Assembly (NCBI GenBank): GCA_035221665.1
Contig: CM069146.1
Location: forward strand, 2,976,001-3,040,000
DNA length: 64,000 bases
Reading direction: 5' to 3'
DNA from: Okamejei kenojei
Lineage: Eukaryota
Below, in pieces: positions 1-14,600 of this stretch (the first letter of the stretch is position 1; each line of letters begins with the position of its first letter). The notes under the pieces were generated by a model. The model saw only the letters and a list, made by a program, of their open reading frames with translations. It made no database searches and had not been told where the DNA came from. Position numbers and translations under genes: made by a program.

Positions 1-227
1 ATAGGATTGTTTTTTCCACAGTCTCATGAGGTACTTATTCCAAGCAATTACAAATTTCCTTGGGTTTAAATTTCGTGCCAAGTGTTCATTGTGGATTTTT
101 TTAAATAAGTCCATACAAAATAATTAATAATGATAATCTTTAATGTTTGAATGCAATACAATTCTTTGTATATTGTAACAATCCTGGATTTCAACTAATA
201 ACATTTTCACAAACATATTTTTGATGA

Positions 228-2080
228 CTATTTATCCAAAGGGTGCTTTTGGGGTTTTGAGGCTTCGGTCAAGAAAAAGGAGGCATGGGGCAGGCAGCTG
301 GGATCAAGTGTATCCCTGGAATTTCGGGAACTGGGGAGCATGTTAAAGAAGGAAATCAGGAGAGCAAAAAGGGTAAAGATAATTTGAAGGAAAATCCAAG
401 GAGATGTTATGTATAATAAGAGAAAGGGGTAACCAGTTAGAGAATAGGGATTCAAAGCGGTCATCTCTTTGGTGGTGGAGGTAGAGAAGTTCCTCAATGA
501 GTATTCTAGTTTTTTTACTGTGGAGAAAGACAGAAGACTGGGAGACGTGGGGCAATCAATGGAAGTGTCTTGATGGCAGTCGGTAGTATAGTTGCTGACG
601 GTCCTAACGCATATGAAGGTAGACAACTTTGCCAGGCCTGATTTGATATACCCGAGGACACTGTAGGGAGCTAGAGAAGAAATTGCAGGTACCCTGGCTG
701 AGATATACAAGATATCATTAAATATGAGTGTAATGCCAGATGACTGAAGAGTGTCAAATGCTTTTAAGAAGGGTTACAAGAAAAAGCCTGGGAACTATAG
801 GTCAGTGAGACTAACATCTGTGATTGGGAAGTTACTAAAGAATATTCTGAGGGATAAGATATATATATATATACATTTAGATAGGCAAGGGATGATTAGG
901 GATAGTCAGCACGGTTTTGTACATGGGTGATCGTGTCTCTTAAATCTGGTTGAATTTTTGAAGATGTAGCGAAAAAGGTGGTTGAGGCCAGAGTTGGAGA
1001 CATTATCTTTATGGATTGCAGTAAGGCATTTGACAAGGTTCCGCATGGTTGGCTGCTCTGGAAGGGCAGATTACATGATCCAGGGAGAGCCAGCTACCTG
1101 GATAGAAAATTGGCTTCATGGAAGCAGATGGTGATGGGGTTGTTTTTCAGACAAGAGGCTTGTGACTAGTGGTGTGCCTCAAGGATTGGTGTTGGGCCCA
1201 TTGCTGTTTGTGGTTTAGATCAATGATTTGGAAGATAACTAAAGGTATGATTTGTAAGTTTGCAGCTGACACTAAAGTGAGCGGTATTGTAGATAGTGAA
1301 GATGGTTATCAAAGCGGGATCTTGAACAGTTGGGCAAGTGTACAGATAAATGGTTAATGATGTTTAATGCAAATAATGGTGAGGTGTTGCATTTTGTGAA
1401 GTCTAACCAGGGCAGGACTTTCACAATATATAGCAGGGCACTGAAGAGTGTCGTAGAGCAGAAGGATCTAGGAGTGCAGATACATAGTTCCTCTAAAGTG
1501 GCATTGCAGGAAGATAAGGTGGTCAAGAAGGCTTTTGGTACATTGGAGTATTGAACTTGGGATGTTATGTTACAGCTATATTAGTGACAATTGTATTAAT
1601 TGTGTTCACCCTGCTAAAAAATTGTGTTCCCTGCTAAGCTGGAAAGAGTGCAGGGAAGATTTATGAGGATCTTGCCAGGACGTGAGGGCCTAAGCTATAT
1701 GAAGAGGTTGGGCATGCTAGGACTATTATTTGGAGCGTTAGAGGATGAGCGGTAATCTTATAGAGGTGTAGAAGACCATGAGGGGAATAGACAGTGCAGA
1801 TACAGTCTTTAACCCAGGGTTAGGAGAATCAAGAACTAGAGGACAAAGGTTTAAGGTGTAAGGGAAAGATTTGATAGGAGTAACAGAAGGTCGTGGATGT
1901 ATGCAATGAACTGCCAGAGAACGTAATTGAACCGAAACTATAACATTAAAAAAAAACATTTGGACAGGTATATGGATAGGAAAGCTTTAGAGAGATACGA
2001 GTCACACAGGGGCAAGGAGGAGTCGTGTAGATGAGGCACGCTGGTCGGAAGTCTCCGTGCGGATTGACTCTATGACCATA
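228..2080 (+). mobile_element. Degraded CR1-type LINE
   Basis: [30 protein letters not shown] fragments and CR1 3' region. Confidence 0.88.
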
Positions 2081-2534
2081 AACCTGTGAAAACTATACCA
2101 AATTTGTTGTTTCCCCATGTCTGTGGCTATTTTTATATGGTTTTATTGTTTGAAGCCGCTTTAATTTTCATTTACATTAATATTGATTTTTTTTCTCATT
2201 TATACCTTTAGAATACATTTGGATGACTTGGCACGTTGGCTTGCTAAGTTAATTATCCAGCTAACACTGCAGCTACTCTGATTAGAAAAGTTAATAGATC
2301 CCAGCACATTTCTAATCCAACCCTATTTATCTACCTCTGTCAAGATGGTGGTATAAATATTGCCGTTGACTTCAATACTGCTTGGTTTGAGTGAATGAGC
2401 AGGGAAATGTCCTGGCACTGATCAGTGAGTCCTGTTTTGGAAAACGGAGAACTGAAAGATAAGATCAGACCTCATTGGTAGGCCAACCTAGTTGAACAGT
2501 CTATTGCTAAGACTCACACAAACATTTACGCATA

Positions 2535-2800
2535 TGGTGGTGCTGCGGTAGAGTTGCTGCCTTACAGCACCAGAAGCCTGGGTTTAATCCTGACTGTGGG
2601 TGCTGTCTGTACGGAGTTTAGTTTGTACCTTCTCATATGACCGCGTGGGTTTTCTCCTGGTGTTCCAGCTTCCTCCCACATTCCAAAGATGTGAAGGCTT
2701 GTATGTTAATTGGCTTCTGTGAATTGTCCCTAGTGTGTAGGATAGAACTAGTGTACAAAGTGGGCCAAAGTGCCTGTTTACATGCTGTATCGCTAAACTA
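2535..2800 (+). mobile_element. HE1/V-SINE-type tRNA-derived SINE
   Basis: ggtagagttgctgccttacagc..gggtttaatcctgac head, ttcctcccacattccaaaga core, CR1-like tail with ctaaa repeats. Confidence 0.8.
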
Positions 2801-3621
2801 AAATATCAGATCATTTTTATTTGTAAGTTTTTCCACATCAGAGGCTTCAGTAGAGAGATAAAAAATGTGCTTGGAATGCAGGGAACGTATTTTTGCCTTG
2901 TCTAAATGGGTCTAAAATTGTTAAATCATTAATTTTATTTAAGTCTGATTTGATGGCAGCAAACATTTAATTTTGAAAAAAATAAGGATATCCTACAGGC
3001 AACAATGATAATTTCACTATATGATATATTTATGTTAAAATATTTCATTACCTTTCCATTGCAGAAAAGATGAACATGGAATATATGGTGAGCTCCTGGG
3101 TAGAGGTAGTAGGTTGCATAGTTTGTGGACAGAGATTTTGGCCCAAAGGAGATAACTATACAACTTGCTGCCTTTCCTAGGGCATCATGCAAACTACCAC
3201 AAATGAGCATCTTAGCTTTCTACAGATCAACACATGATAACTTGTTAAAGCTGATGTATGGATTCTTGATTTATGTAAATAACACAGCATTTATAATAGT
3301 TTTCTGATTTTGCTAAATTGATTGATTACTGCTTCACCAAATATTGATGGTAGGAAATTATATGTACAACATTTGAAAATATTTTATTTTGTTCTGGTGC
3401 TTGTAAACTTTAATAAACTTTTCTTATAAAATGTGATTATTTTGTAAAGTATGGTGTATTTACATTAGCAATGTTTCAGTTGAACTGGGTTGCTTAACTC
3501 GCAAGAATTCGTTTTATGCTTGTTTGGAAGAACGCAGTTAAAAATAGCTGGGTGTCTGTGCCACGTGGACCACAGTTAATGATTTAAGAGTTGCACTTCA
3601 AAAAGTGACTGATGACAAAAA

Positions 3622-4318
3622 GTCCCACTTAGGCGATTTTTCAGGCGACTGATAAGTCGCCAGCAGTAGCCTAAAAACTGGCGACTGTCAGAGTGGAACA
3701 CACACGCACACATCACTTCCTTCACCGGCTCGTTATGCAGGCGGGGGACAGGGCAAGCGCTGTCTGAGTGAAATTCACACGGTGCAAAGCCAATGTGATA
3801 CAGACACACACCACGATGAACAGGAAGGTTGGCGCTATAATTAAGATGGTGAAAGCACTGTGTACAGGAAGGGTCACGCAAGTCCTTTAAAAGAGGTGGG
3901 GAGAAGGAGTGGAACCAACTTTTAAGAAACCAGAGATACACGGCTGTGAAGCTCGGTGCACATTAACATAACCGGTCAGTTATACTTGGTTCTGAAAACT
4001 ACTGCTTATGTTTCCCCCAGTGAGCCAATGAAATTCACCGGTCAGCACCGGCTACAACCTACGACAACCTTTGACCTCATGGCAACCCACTACCACTGCA
4101 CCTACGGCACGAGAATTCGCGCTACTCCATAGCGGTTTCATTCTGGTCGCCACTAATTTTTCAACATGTTGAAAAATTTGCGGCGACCATAATGAGGCTG
4201 TGACTCGTTCCCAGAATGCGGGAACTCCTCACGATCGCGAAGGTGACTACCCGACAACCACCAGCGAACATGTGGCAACTGCATAGTCTCCTAGTCGCCT
4301 ATGTGGGACAAACCCATT
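3622..4318. mobile_element. Non-autonomous DNA transposon (MITE, probably PIF/Harbinger-like)
   Basis: Inverted ends gtcccacttaggcga (3622-3636) / tcgcctatgtgggac (4295-4309); internal 24-bp palindrome at 4155-4178; superfamily is a guess. Confidence 0.6.
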
Positions 4319-5563
4319 AAGCTCTTCAAATTTGGAAGTGGATAGGATCCGAGGAGTATTGATATTAAACATGCAGTAAAATAAGGCCTGGGTTTTGCTG
4401 GAATAGTGCATCTATTCACATTCACTGTTATGTGAGGAAACTGTGTCCATTGTCATTTTTCCTATCTAGAAAGCTAAAACTTTTTGTAATATGTCATGTA
4501 TTGTCTCTAAATTTTGCTTTTACTCCACCAATAAAACTATTTGCCAGTTATCATTTATTGTCAGGGGAACCGAATATAGGAGTAGGGAGATTATGTTTAA
4601 TTTATAGATGGCAGGATAAGACCATAGCTGGCATACTGTGCAAAACATAAATTATTTTAAGATTTTGATGCATTGGAAACAGTTTAGTTGTTTATAAGTC
4701 TTACTTGGAATACTGTCACAGGAAGAAAGGTTGAACCTGTAGGTTTGTATTTACCAGTTCAGAATGACAAGTCGTGATTTGGTAGAGATATATAGATCCT
4801 GAAGGTTCTTGTTGCGGTGAATGTAGAAAGTTTGCTTCCTCTTGGAGAATCTGGAACTAGAAACTCTCTTAAATGGGCGAAAAGAGAGTAATGAATTTTT
4901 CCACTCAGAGTCATTGAATATTTAATGCATTTAATTTAAGATCGATTCTTGCTGAGAGGGAATGGGTGAAGGGTTGGGTGAAAAGTAGGTGAGATTACAG
5001 TCACAGAGGCCATGATCCTATCCAGCTAGATGGTCAGAAAATCAGGCACTAGGCCATATGATTCACAACCGTAGTGCATGATGCAGCCCAGCTTTTTCAT
5101 TCATTCACTGGCTTCTTTAATAATAAAACCATGTATTACCCATTCTAGCCTTTGTCTACTCTGGACTTGTCCACATTCTGATCTCTTCTGGTCTTGTTCC
5201 TTGCATTGTTTCAATCTTTACATCTGTGCTCGCTGACTTACACCAACAGTCCGTGGCTTTTAAAAATCAACAACCTTGATTTCAACCCAAATGTGCACCA
5301 ATGTGATTTATAGGGTGAGAAAATAAACCAATTAGGTTAGAGATAGAACATTTGGAATAAGGATGAGACAAAGGACAAGAATGACACTTCATGTTACACA
5401 AACTTCAGGTATTAATGTACACATCTAGTGGAATGGAGCTGTTTTGCACACTTTTCAAAGTAACATTTTGTAGTGTTCCTGCATCAGCTACTTTGCAAAC
5501 AAAGCAAGATACTAAATGATGCCACACTTTACAGAGTGCAGCAAGGCTTTGAGATAGAGTATC

Positions 5564-5663
5564 TTACACATTGAAGTTGTACGCTTTTAGAACATCTTTT
5601 CCATCATGTGTTTGAACGGTACCCACAATGCTTCCATGGTCAAAGACAACATTCGTAAAACCC
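5564..5663 (-). CDS. FBXW12: FBXW12-like exon 10, last coding exon ([32 protein letters not shown])
   Basis: Acceptor acttttcacag|G; TAA at 5566-5564. Confidence 0.9.
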
Positions 5664-8600
5664 CTGTGAAAAGTAAATTAATATCTTGAGGTTTCATAGT
5701 ATCAGATGTTTTTTTATAGAAACTATTTCAAATTAATTATTTGATTCCCTCCAGTTTTGTTATTTGTCATAGGATCATTCAACACGAAAGCATACCCTGA
5801 GAAAGTGCAGGTAACCTCTGTGTTATGGCTGTTCAGGTATTGGAAATATAGAATTCCCAAATCATTACTCACTTGTGTGCAGTTTTGGTCTCCTAATTTG
5901 AGGAAGGATATTCTTGCTAGTGTAGGTTCACCAGATTAATTCCTGGGATGGTGGGCCTGACATATGATGACATATATATGATCGATTGCGCTTGTATTCA
6001 CTGGAATTTAAATGGAGAGGGGATCTTATAGAAACATAACATTAAGGGATTGGACAGGCTAGATGCAGGAATAATGTTCCTGATGTTGGAGTCCAGAACC
6101 AGGGGTCACAGGGTAAGAATAAAGGGTAGGGCATTTAGGACTTAAATGAGAAAAAACTTTTTCATCCAGAGTTGCAAGGGAGGCTGACAGCAAAGTTACC
6201 AATCCCTTATTCTGTGAAATTCTCTGCCACAGAAGGCAGTGGAGGCCAATTCACTGGATGTTTTCAAGAGAGAGTTAGATAGAGCTCTTGGGGCTAACAA
6301 AATCAAGGGATATGGGGAGAAAGCAGGAACGGGGTACTGAATCTGTATGATCAGCCATGATCACATTGAATGGTGGTGCTGGCTTGAAGGGCCAAATGGC
6401 CTACTTCTGCACCTATTTTCTATGTTTCTACCCCAAAGTTTTGATTATACAGAATAAATTTCACTCAAATAATCTGAAAAAATCAATAAAGCAATGGAAA
6501 TTGTTCTCCAACTTGTTTCTGGAGACATGTGCAGATGACGTGACCACGTTACGTATAATCACAATACTGGCAATGTGGGGGGTGGAAATACATAGAAAAT
6601 AAGTGCTGGAGTAGGCCCTTCGCGCCAACACAGCCATTCAATGTGATCTTGGCTGATCACAATCAGTACCCCTGTTCCTGCCTTCTCCCCATATCCCTTG
6701 ATTCTGCTAGCCCCCATAGCTCTCCTATTTTTTGAATGCATCCAGTGAATCAGCCTCTATAGGCAGAGAATTTCACAAATTCACAACTCTGGGTGAAAAC
6801 GTTTTTCCTCACCTCAGTTCTAAATGGCCAACCCGTTACTCTTAAACTGTGGCCCCTGGTTCCCACAACATCGGGAACATGTTTCCTGCATCTAGCTTGT
6901 CCAATCCCTTAAGAATTGTATATGTTTCTATAAGATCCCCTCGCATCCTAAATTCCAGCGAATGCAAGCCCAGTCGTTCCATTCTTTCATCATGACAGTC
7001 CCGCTATCCTGGGAATTAACCTCGTGAACCTACACTGCACTCCCTCAATACCAAGAATGTTCTTCCTCAAATTAGGAGACCAAAACTGCACACAGTACTC
7101 CAGGTGTGGTCTCACCAGGGCCCTGTACAGCTGCACAAGGACCTCTTTGCTCCTGCACTCAAATCCTCTCGTTATGAAGGCCAACATGGCATTAACTTTC
7201 TTCATTGCTTGCTGCATGTTTACTTTCAGTGATTGATGTACGAGGACACCCAGGTCTTGTTGCACTTCCCCTTTTCCTAATCTGCCTTGTTCTTGCCACC
7301 AATGTGGATAACCTCACATTTATCCACATTATGCTACATCTGCCCACTCACCCGACCTATCCAAGTCACCCTGCAGCCTCATAGCATCCTCTTCACACTG
7401 TGTCATCTGCAAATTTGCTAATGTTACTTTTAATTCCTTCATCTAAATCATTTATATTGTAAATAGCTGCAGTCCCAGCACTATTCATTGCGGCACCCCA
7501 CTAATCACTGACAACTAATTTTCTATCCATGTCAATACCCTACTCCCAATACCATGTGCTCTAATTTTGCCCACTAATCTGTGTGGGACCTTATCAAAGG
7601 CTTTCTGAAAGTCCAGATACACGACATCCACTGGCACTCCCTTATCCATTTTTCCCAACTATATTATATTTACCAACACTTGGCAATTCAAGTAGTTGTC
7701 CAGATGCTTAAATGTCATGAAAGTACCTCTCCTGGGCGAAAAAAATGTTCCTCCAGTACACTCTCAACGTTTTATACTAAATCTATGCCCACCAGCTTTT
7801 GGACATCTCTGCTAAGGGGAAAACACGGCATGTCCAGTTTCTCCTCATTATTGAAATGCCCCAGCCCAGCAATATCCTGATAAATCTCTGCTGTTTTATT
7901 TTTATCTACCTTTGCTAACAGTGGTGAACATTGGACTAAGATAATGATTCAAGTTCTACTTTGAACCAATATATAATGACTCATGTCTGGTATTCAATGA
8001 TTGCCAATAATCCATTATTGTTATGGTGCTGACTGTTTATTGATGTACCCGGCTTCAGTATTGCCCACTCCAGACATTTTGTTTACCTTCCTGCAAAGAA
8101 TTCTACACTTTATACCCTCCTTCCATAGTTCAGTAGAATCGAAATGATCCTTTTTATTTTAACTGATTATCTCAATGCATTTCCATGAGACTAGTTCTTC
8201 TCCAAACTTTACTACCCTGCAAACAAAATGGGTTCATGTTTAATTTCCTACAGCAAGGCAGATGGACTTAATCTTTCAAAGCCTCCCAAAATCTGGTTCT
8301 AGATTATATTTTCTGTCATCTTTTCCCCATCAATATCCCCAACCTCCCCAAACCACGCAACACTTCATAATGTTAAAGGTGTATCATGGAATACTAGGAA
8401 GTAAGACCAAACCTGGATCTCATGTGGGATCCCCCGAGCAAATGGTAATTACTTTCAAGACTGAGACGTCTGTTTGGCTGTCTTTTCCATGTATATACTC
8501 TTAGAGACAAATCCATTGAGGCAGTAACCACACGGAAAGGATCCTTTATAGGACAAAGAACATTATATTAAAACATGGTTTAAAAGGTACCACTGTTACT

Positions 8601-11600
8601 TTATGTAGTCTGTTAGATGATAATTAACATACCACAGAAATTCCACTGATAGTATTTTTATGTTCATGATAACTTGCAAGCTGCACTCCATCAATGGAAA
8701 AGAGTTTCATTTCTGTGTTGTGTGCGATTATGATTGTATTAATCCCATGGCCTTCCAGAAGTAAATCATTCCAGCCAGCATCTTCATAAGTGAAATTTCC
8801 AACCTGTTTACCTATCAAAAATTAACGTTAAATGATAATTGATAAAGTTAGCAATGTATTACACCTCAAGATACAGCAGTCAAAATATGTCATAACCCAT
8901 GTATTCACTGAGCATATAACTGAATGATGGACACGCCAGTTTTGGCAGGTTTATGAAATTATAAATTGTGTTGAAATTAATTTAGTTTAGAGATACAGCA
9001 CAAACAAGCCCTTCGGCCCATCAAATCCGTATCGCTCAACAATCCTCGCACTATTCAGTATAGCAATATATTTGAGGTAATTTATCCTAATAAATCCAAA
9101 TTTGAATGGAACTTCACAAAGGAATACTGAATTACACTATAATCAGCCAAACCAAGGAACTAATATTGTTCTCAATGTATAGATATCACACAAAGGGTGG
9201 TGGGTGAATGGAACAAGCTGCCAGAGGTCGTTGAGGCTGGGACTATCCCATCGGTGAAGAAACAGTTAGACAGGTTCATGGATAGGACAGGTTTGCAGGG
9301 ATATGGACCAAGTGCAGGCAAGTGGGACTAGTGTAGCTGATATATTGTTGGCCGGTGTGGGCAAGTTGGGCCGAAGGGCCCGTTTCCACACTATCACTCT
9401 GACTATGATATGAACACATACATGTTTGTAAAGTGACTCAATGAATTTGGCTAAAGACAAACAGAAGTTCACAATGGTCAAAAATAACAAAATTCAATGC
9501 ATACAGTAGCTGTAAGTTTAAAATAAATTGAGAGTACTAATAAAATCTTATATCTTATACCATAAAAAATACCTTGTATTTCTATTTTATTTTTTCTTGT
9601 TTGACACATTAACTCAAAAGTAATGATACTTTTTTGAAAACCCGCAGCATTGGCTTTGGTCATAGTAACCACTCTGGATGATGCTTTAGGTAACCAGCAA
9701 GCTGTGAAGCAACTGTTTATTTGCAGGGAATCTGCTGCCAGTCTGTCATCATCAAGACCATCCATTAAAGATTCTGTCCGCAATACCTGTAAGGAACACA
9801 ACTTGGTTTAGTGGCTTTGTTCCTCCAATTACACAATCCATATTTCATTGCATGATTAATGGAATATAACTGGCTCCTAATCCATCACAGTAATTGCCCA
9901 GTATGGAAAATAACCATGTGCACCCTCTGGTAATACCCTATTATGTTTAGGAAAGAACTGCAGATGCTGGTTTAAACTGAAGATAGACACAAAATGCTGG
10001 AGTAACTCAGTGGGACAGACAGCATCTTTGGAGAGAAGGAATGGGTGATGTTTCTGGTCGAGACCCTTCATTTATGTTTGGATTTATAATTTTTGAAAAC
10101 TTCTCCACAAGGGCAGAGATCCAATTTAACTAGATTTCGAGAGAACCGAGGGGAACTTATGAAAATTGATTTGTAGGTAATCCCTCTGATCAACTGGAAA
10201 TTAGAAACTATACAATACAATGTCTAAAGATTAGAAAGCTGTACAACGAGCTTTGTGATGTTCCTGTACATCAATGAAATCAACCAGTGATTTTAAAAGA
10301 AAAATAATTAATTTCCTATGTCAAGTTCTTTGATAGTATTCCAGTTAAAATAACTTGGGAGTAAATTTACCGAGAACACAAGGAATCAGGATCACGCACT
10401 TGAAGCACAAGGAATCGGGTCATCAGGCACTTGAAGCCAACCCCACCGTTTAGTGTGATCACGGCTGGTTTGTGCTGGCTTCACCTATTTATCCATCCCC
10501 ACTTTAAATTCTTATAATGAGCTAACTTCCATCACCCGCAGCGGATTCCAGAGATCCACCACATTCCACATGAAGATATTTCTATGTTCCTCAGTTTTAA
10601 TTGACGCGTCCCCTTATTCAAGAGTCTCACACTAGTAAAACATCCCAGCATCTACACTGCCAAACCCCCTTTGGATCTTATATGGATGAATAAGGCCTTT
10701 GGAACTCCGAAGAATATTTAATTGCTACGCGAACCTCCTCATCCCAGGAATGACTTGGCGTGAATCTTCTTTGTGCTGACAACTTGCCCACACCGGCCAA
10801 CATTTCCCAGCTACACGAGTCCCACCTGCTTGCGTTGTGTCCATATCCCTCCATACCTGTCCTATCCATGTACCTGTCAAACTGCTTCTTAAATGTTGGG
10901 ATAGTTCTTGCCTCAGCCACCTCCTCTATTACTGTTTTTTAAAGATAAAACTGCACACTATTCCAGGTGAGAAATCGCACCTGTACAATTGCAACAAAAC
11001 CTCCCCATTTTTAAGCTCCATAAATTCCAGGAGCAGAATTTGGCCATTCCACCCAGCAAGTCTACTCTGCCATTTAATTATGGCCGATCTATCTCTCCCA
11101 CTCAACCCCATTCTCCTGCCTTCTCCCCGTAACACTCTTACTAATCAAGAATCTTAATATCTGCCTTAAAAATATCCCAGCCCCTTTGTAAGAAAGCCAA
11201 AATACCTCTTGCATTCAACTACTTGTTGGACTGCTCACCCCTCCACCTGCTCTTCGAGGAATAGTCCTCGCCTGCTCAACCTCTTCCCATTGCCCAGGTC
11301 CTCATAAACCTTTTCTGCATCCTTTCCACCTTAACAACATCGTTCTTATAATAGGGTGACACAAACTGAACACAATACCCTAAAAGACTTGCACAACTCC
11401 CAACTTCTATACTCAATACTCTGACTGATGAAGGCCAATGTGCCAAAAGCCTTCTTGACTTGCAATGCCACTTTCAAGGAACTATGTATCTGCACTCCTA
11501 GATTCCTCTGCTCTACAATACTCCCCAGAGCCATGCCACTCTGTAGGTTCTGCCCTGGTTTGACTTCCCAAAATGCAACATCTCGCACTATTAAAGTCCA

Positions 11601-14600
11601 TCAACCATTCCTCAGCCCACCTGTGCAACTGATCAAGATCCTGTGGGGATTTTTAACAACCATCTTCACTGAAAAACCCCTCACTCTAGCATCATCTGCA
11701 AACGTATTAATCATTCCTTGTACATTCTCATCCAAACCATTGATATAAACTACAAACAGCAATGGGCCCAGCACCGAACCCTGAGGCACACCACTAGTTA
11801 CAGGCCTCCGGTCCGAACCTTCCACCATCACCCTCTGCTTCCTTCCATGAAGCCAGTTTTCTATCCAGTTAGCTTGCTCTCCTTGGATCCCATGTAATCC
11901 AACCTTCCCGAGCAGCCTACCATGCGGAACCTTGTCAAATGCCTTGCTGAAATCCACATATACGTCTCCAGCTCTTCCTTCATCAACCTTTTTGGTCACA
12001 TCTTCAAAAAGCTCAATCAGATGAGACACGACCGCCCATGTATAAAACTGCTAACTATCCCTAATCAGCCTTTGCACCTCTAAATGCATGTATATGTTAT
12101 CCCTCAGAATAATCTCTAGTGACTTTTTGACAACAGATGTTAAAACCTACTGGCCTGCAGTTCCCAGGCTTTTCCCTGCATCCCTTCTTTAATAGCAGTA
12201 GAACATTTACCACCGTCCAATCTTCCAGCATATCGCCTGTATTTAATGACTAAAATCTCAGCCAGGGCACCTGCAATTTCCTCTTTAGCTTCCCAGTGTC
12301 CACAGATATATCTGGTCAGGCCAGGGAGATAAGTCTACCTTCAATGCATCAGGACCTTCTGCACCTCCTCGACAATAATTCTGACTGCTTGCAAGATGCT
12401 TCTAATGACTGCTCCAAGTTCCCTGCTCCTCACGTCTTTCTCCACGGTGAAAACCAAGGAGACATACTCATTAAGGTCTTTGCCTGTCTCCTATGGCTCC
12501 ACACAGAGCTGACCGCTTTGATTCCTGAGGGGCCCCAATCTCTCTGGTTACCCTTTTTCCCTTAACATATTTATAAAATCTCTTAGAATTTTCCTTAATA
12601 TTATCTGTGAGCTATTTCCTGTTCCTTTTTTGCCCTCTAAAATAATTCATTTTTTAGCTTGCTCCTTTGTTCCTTAAACTCCTCCAGGGATACACTTGAT
12701 CCCAGCTGCCCCATGCTGCCTCCTTATTCCTGACAAAAGCCACAACTTCATTCATCATCCAAGCTTCCTTTGCTCACCTGCTTTGCCCTTCACTTTAAAG
12801 GAATATGTAGATCCTTGACTCTTGTTTGCACACTTTTAGAAGCACCTCATTTTCCGTACGTTTCTTTCCTTTCATTCTGCTCCAATCAACTCGAGTGAGT
12901 TCTTGTTTAATAGAATACCTTCAAAGTTGGCCTTGTTCCAATTTAGAATTTTAACTCGTGGGCCACCCTGTCTCTATCCAGAATTATCTTAAAATTAATA
13001 TAACAGTGATTGCTAGTTCTAACCAGTTCATCCATGAAGACTTTATCAATTTGTCCCTCCCAATTTCCTAAGTCATGATCAAATATTGCCCTTTCCCACG
13101 TAGGTCCTTCTAACATTGCCGAAGGACATTTTCCTGAACACATTTAACCAATTCTGCCCCATCTAAAAACGATGACATTCCCAGTCAATATTGGGAAAGT
13201 TAAAATGCCCTACAATGACAACCTTATTCATCCTGAGTCTGGGTGCAATCTTTGCCCTTCTAATTTTCATAGACTATTTGGGGGCCAGTAATACCAAGGT
13301 GACCATCCCTTTCTTATTTCTCAATTCCACCCATATAGCCTCACTGGATGAGCCATCAATAATATCTTCAATAAGAACAATGGAACATTTAGCTGCCTGG
13401 CCTGTCCTTCCCTTAACCAGGTCTCTGTAATGGCTACAACATCCCAGTCGCATGTCCTTAATCACGGCCTGAGTTTATCTGCTTTACCCGTCAGGCCTCT
13501 TGCATTAAAATAAGTGCAATTCAACCCAACAGTCTTTCATCGCACTCTACCTTTTTCCTTCCTATTCTTCCTGTCATTTATGTGCAAGTTTTCTCTCAAA
13601 GCTAATTTTTCACCTTCTTATGAACTTTTAAATCTTCTGCCATTGATCTTCCTTTAGTCTACCACTAGCTCTTGCCGCTTTATATACCCATTAATTTTCA
13701 ATTTAACATGATTCCATTCCCTCCTTCATTACCTCCTTCACTAACAGTCTGTGCCTCTTCATCATGAGATCCCGCTTTTTGATTGGGATAAACTCTTATA
13801 ACCATATAACCATATAACAATTACAGCACGGAAACAGGCCCTCTAGGCCCTTCCAGTCCGTGCCGACCATTTGTTTTCCCATAGTCCTATCTACCTGCAC
13901 TCAGACCATACCCCTCCATTCCCTTCATGTCCATATACCTATCCACTTTACTTTTAAATGTTAAAATCGATCCTGCCTCCACCACTTCTGCTGGAAGCTC
14001 ATTCCACACAGCCATCACCCTCTGAGTAAAGAAGTTCCCCCTCACGTTACCCCTAAACTTCTGTCCCTTAATTCTCATGTCATGCCCTCTTGTTTGAATC
14101 TTCCCTACCCTCAATGGGAAAAGTTTATCCACGTCAACTCTGTCTATCCCTTTCATCATTTTAAAGACCTCAATCAAGTCCCCCCTTAACCTTCTGCGCT
14201 CCAAAGAATAAAGACCTAACTTGTTCAACCTTTCTCTGTAACATAGTTGCTGGAACCCAGGCAACATTCCAGTAAATCTCCTCTGTACTCTCTCTATTTT
14301 GTTGACATCCTTCCTATAATTAGGCGACCAAAATTGTACACCATACTCCAGAATTGGTCTTACCAATGCCTTGTACAATTTTAACATTACTTCCCTACTC
14401 CTATATTCAATGCTCTGATTTATAAAGGCCAGCACACCAAAGGCTTTCTTTACCACCCTATCTACATGCGATTCCACCTTCAGGGAACTATGCACAGTTA
14501 TTCCTAGATCTCTCTGTTCCACAGCATTCCTCAATTCCCTACCATTTACCATGTACGTCCTATTTTGATTTGTCCTGCCAAGATGTCGCACTTCACACTT

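Noticed and set aside
2535-2600. tRNA gene
   Set aside because: The A/B-box-like sequence is a SINE head, repeated elsewhere in the window, with no full cloverleaf.
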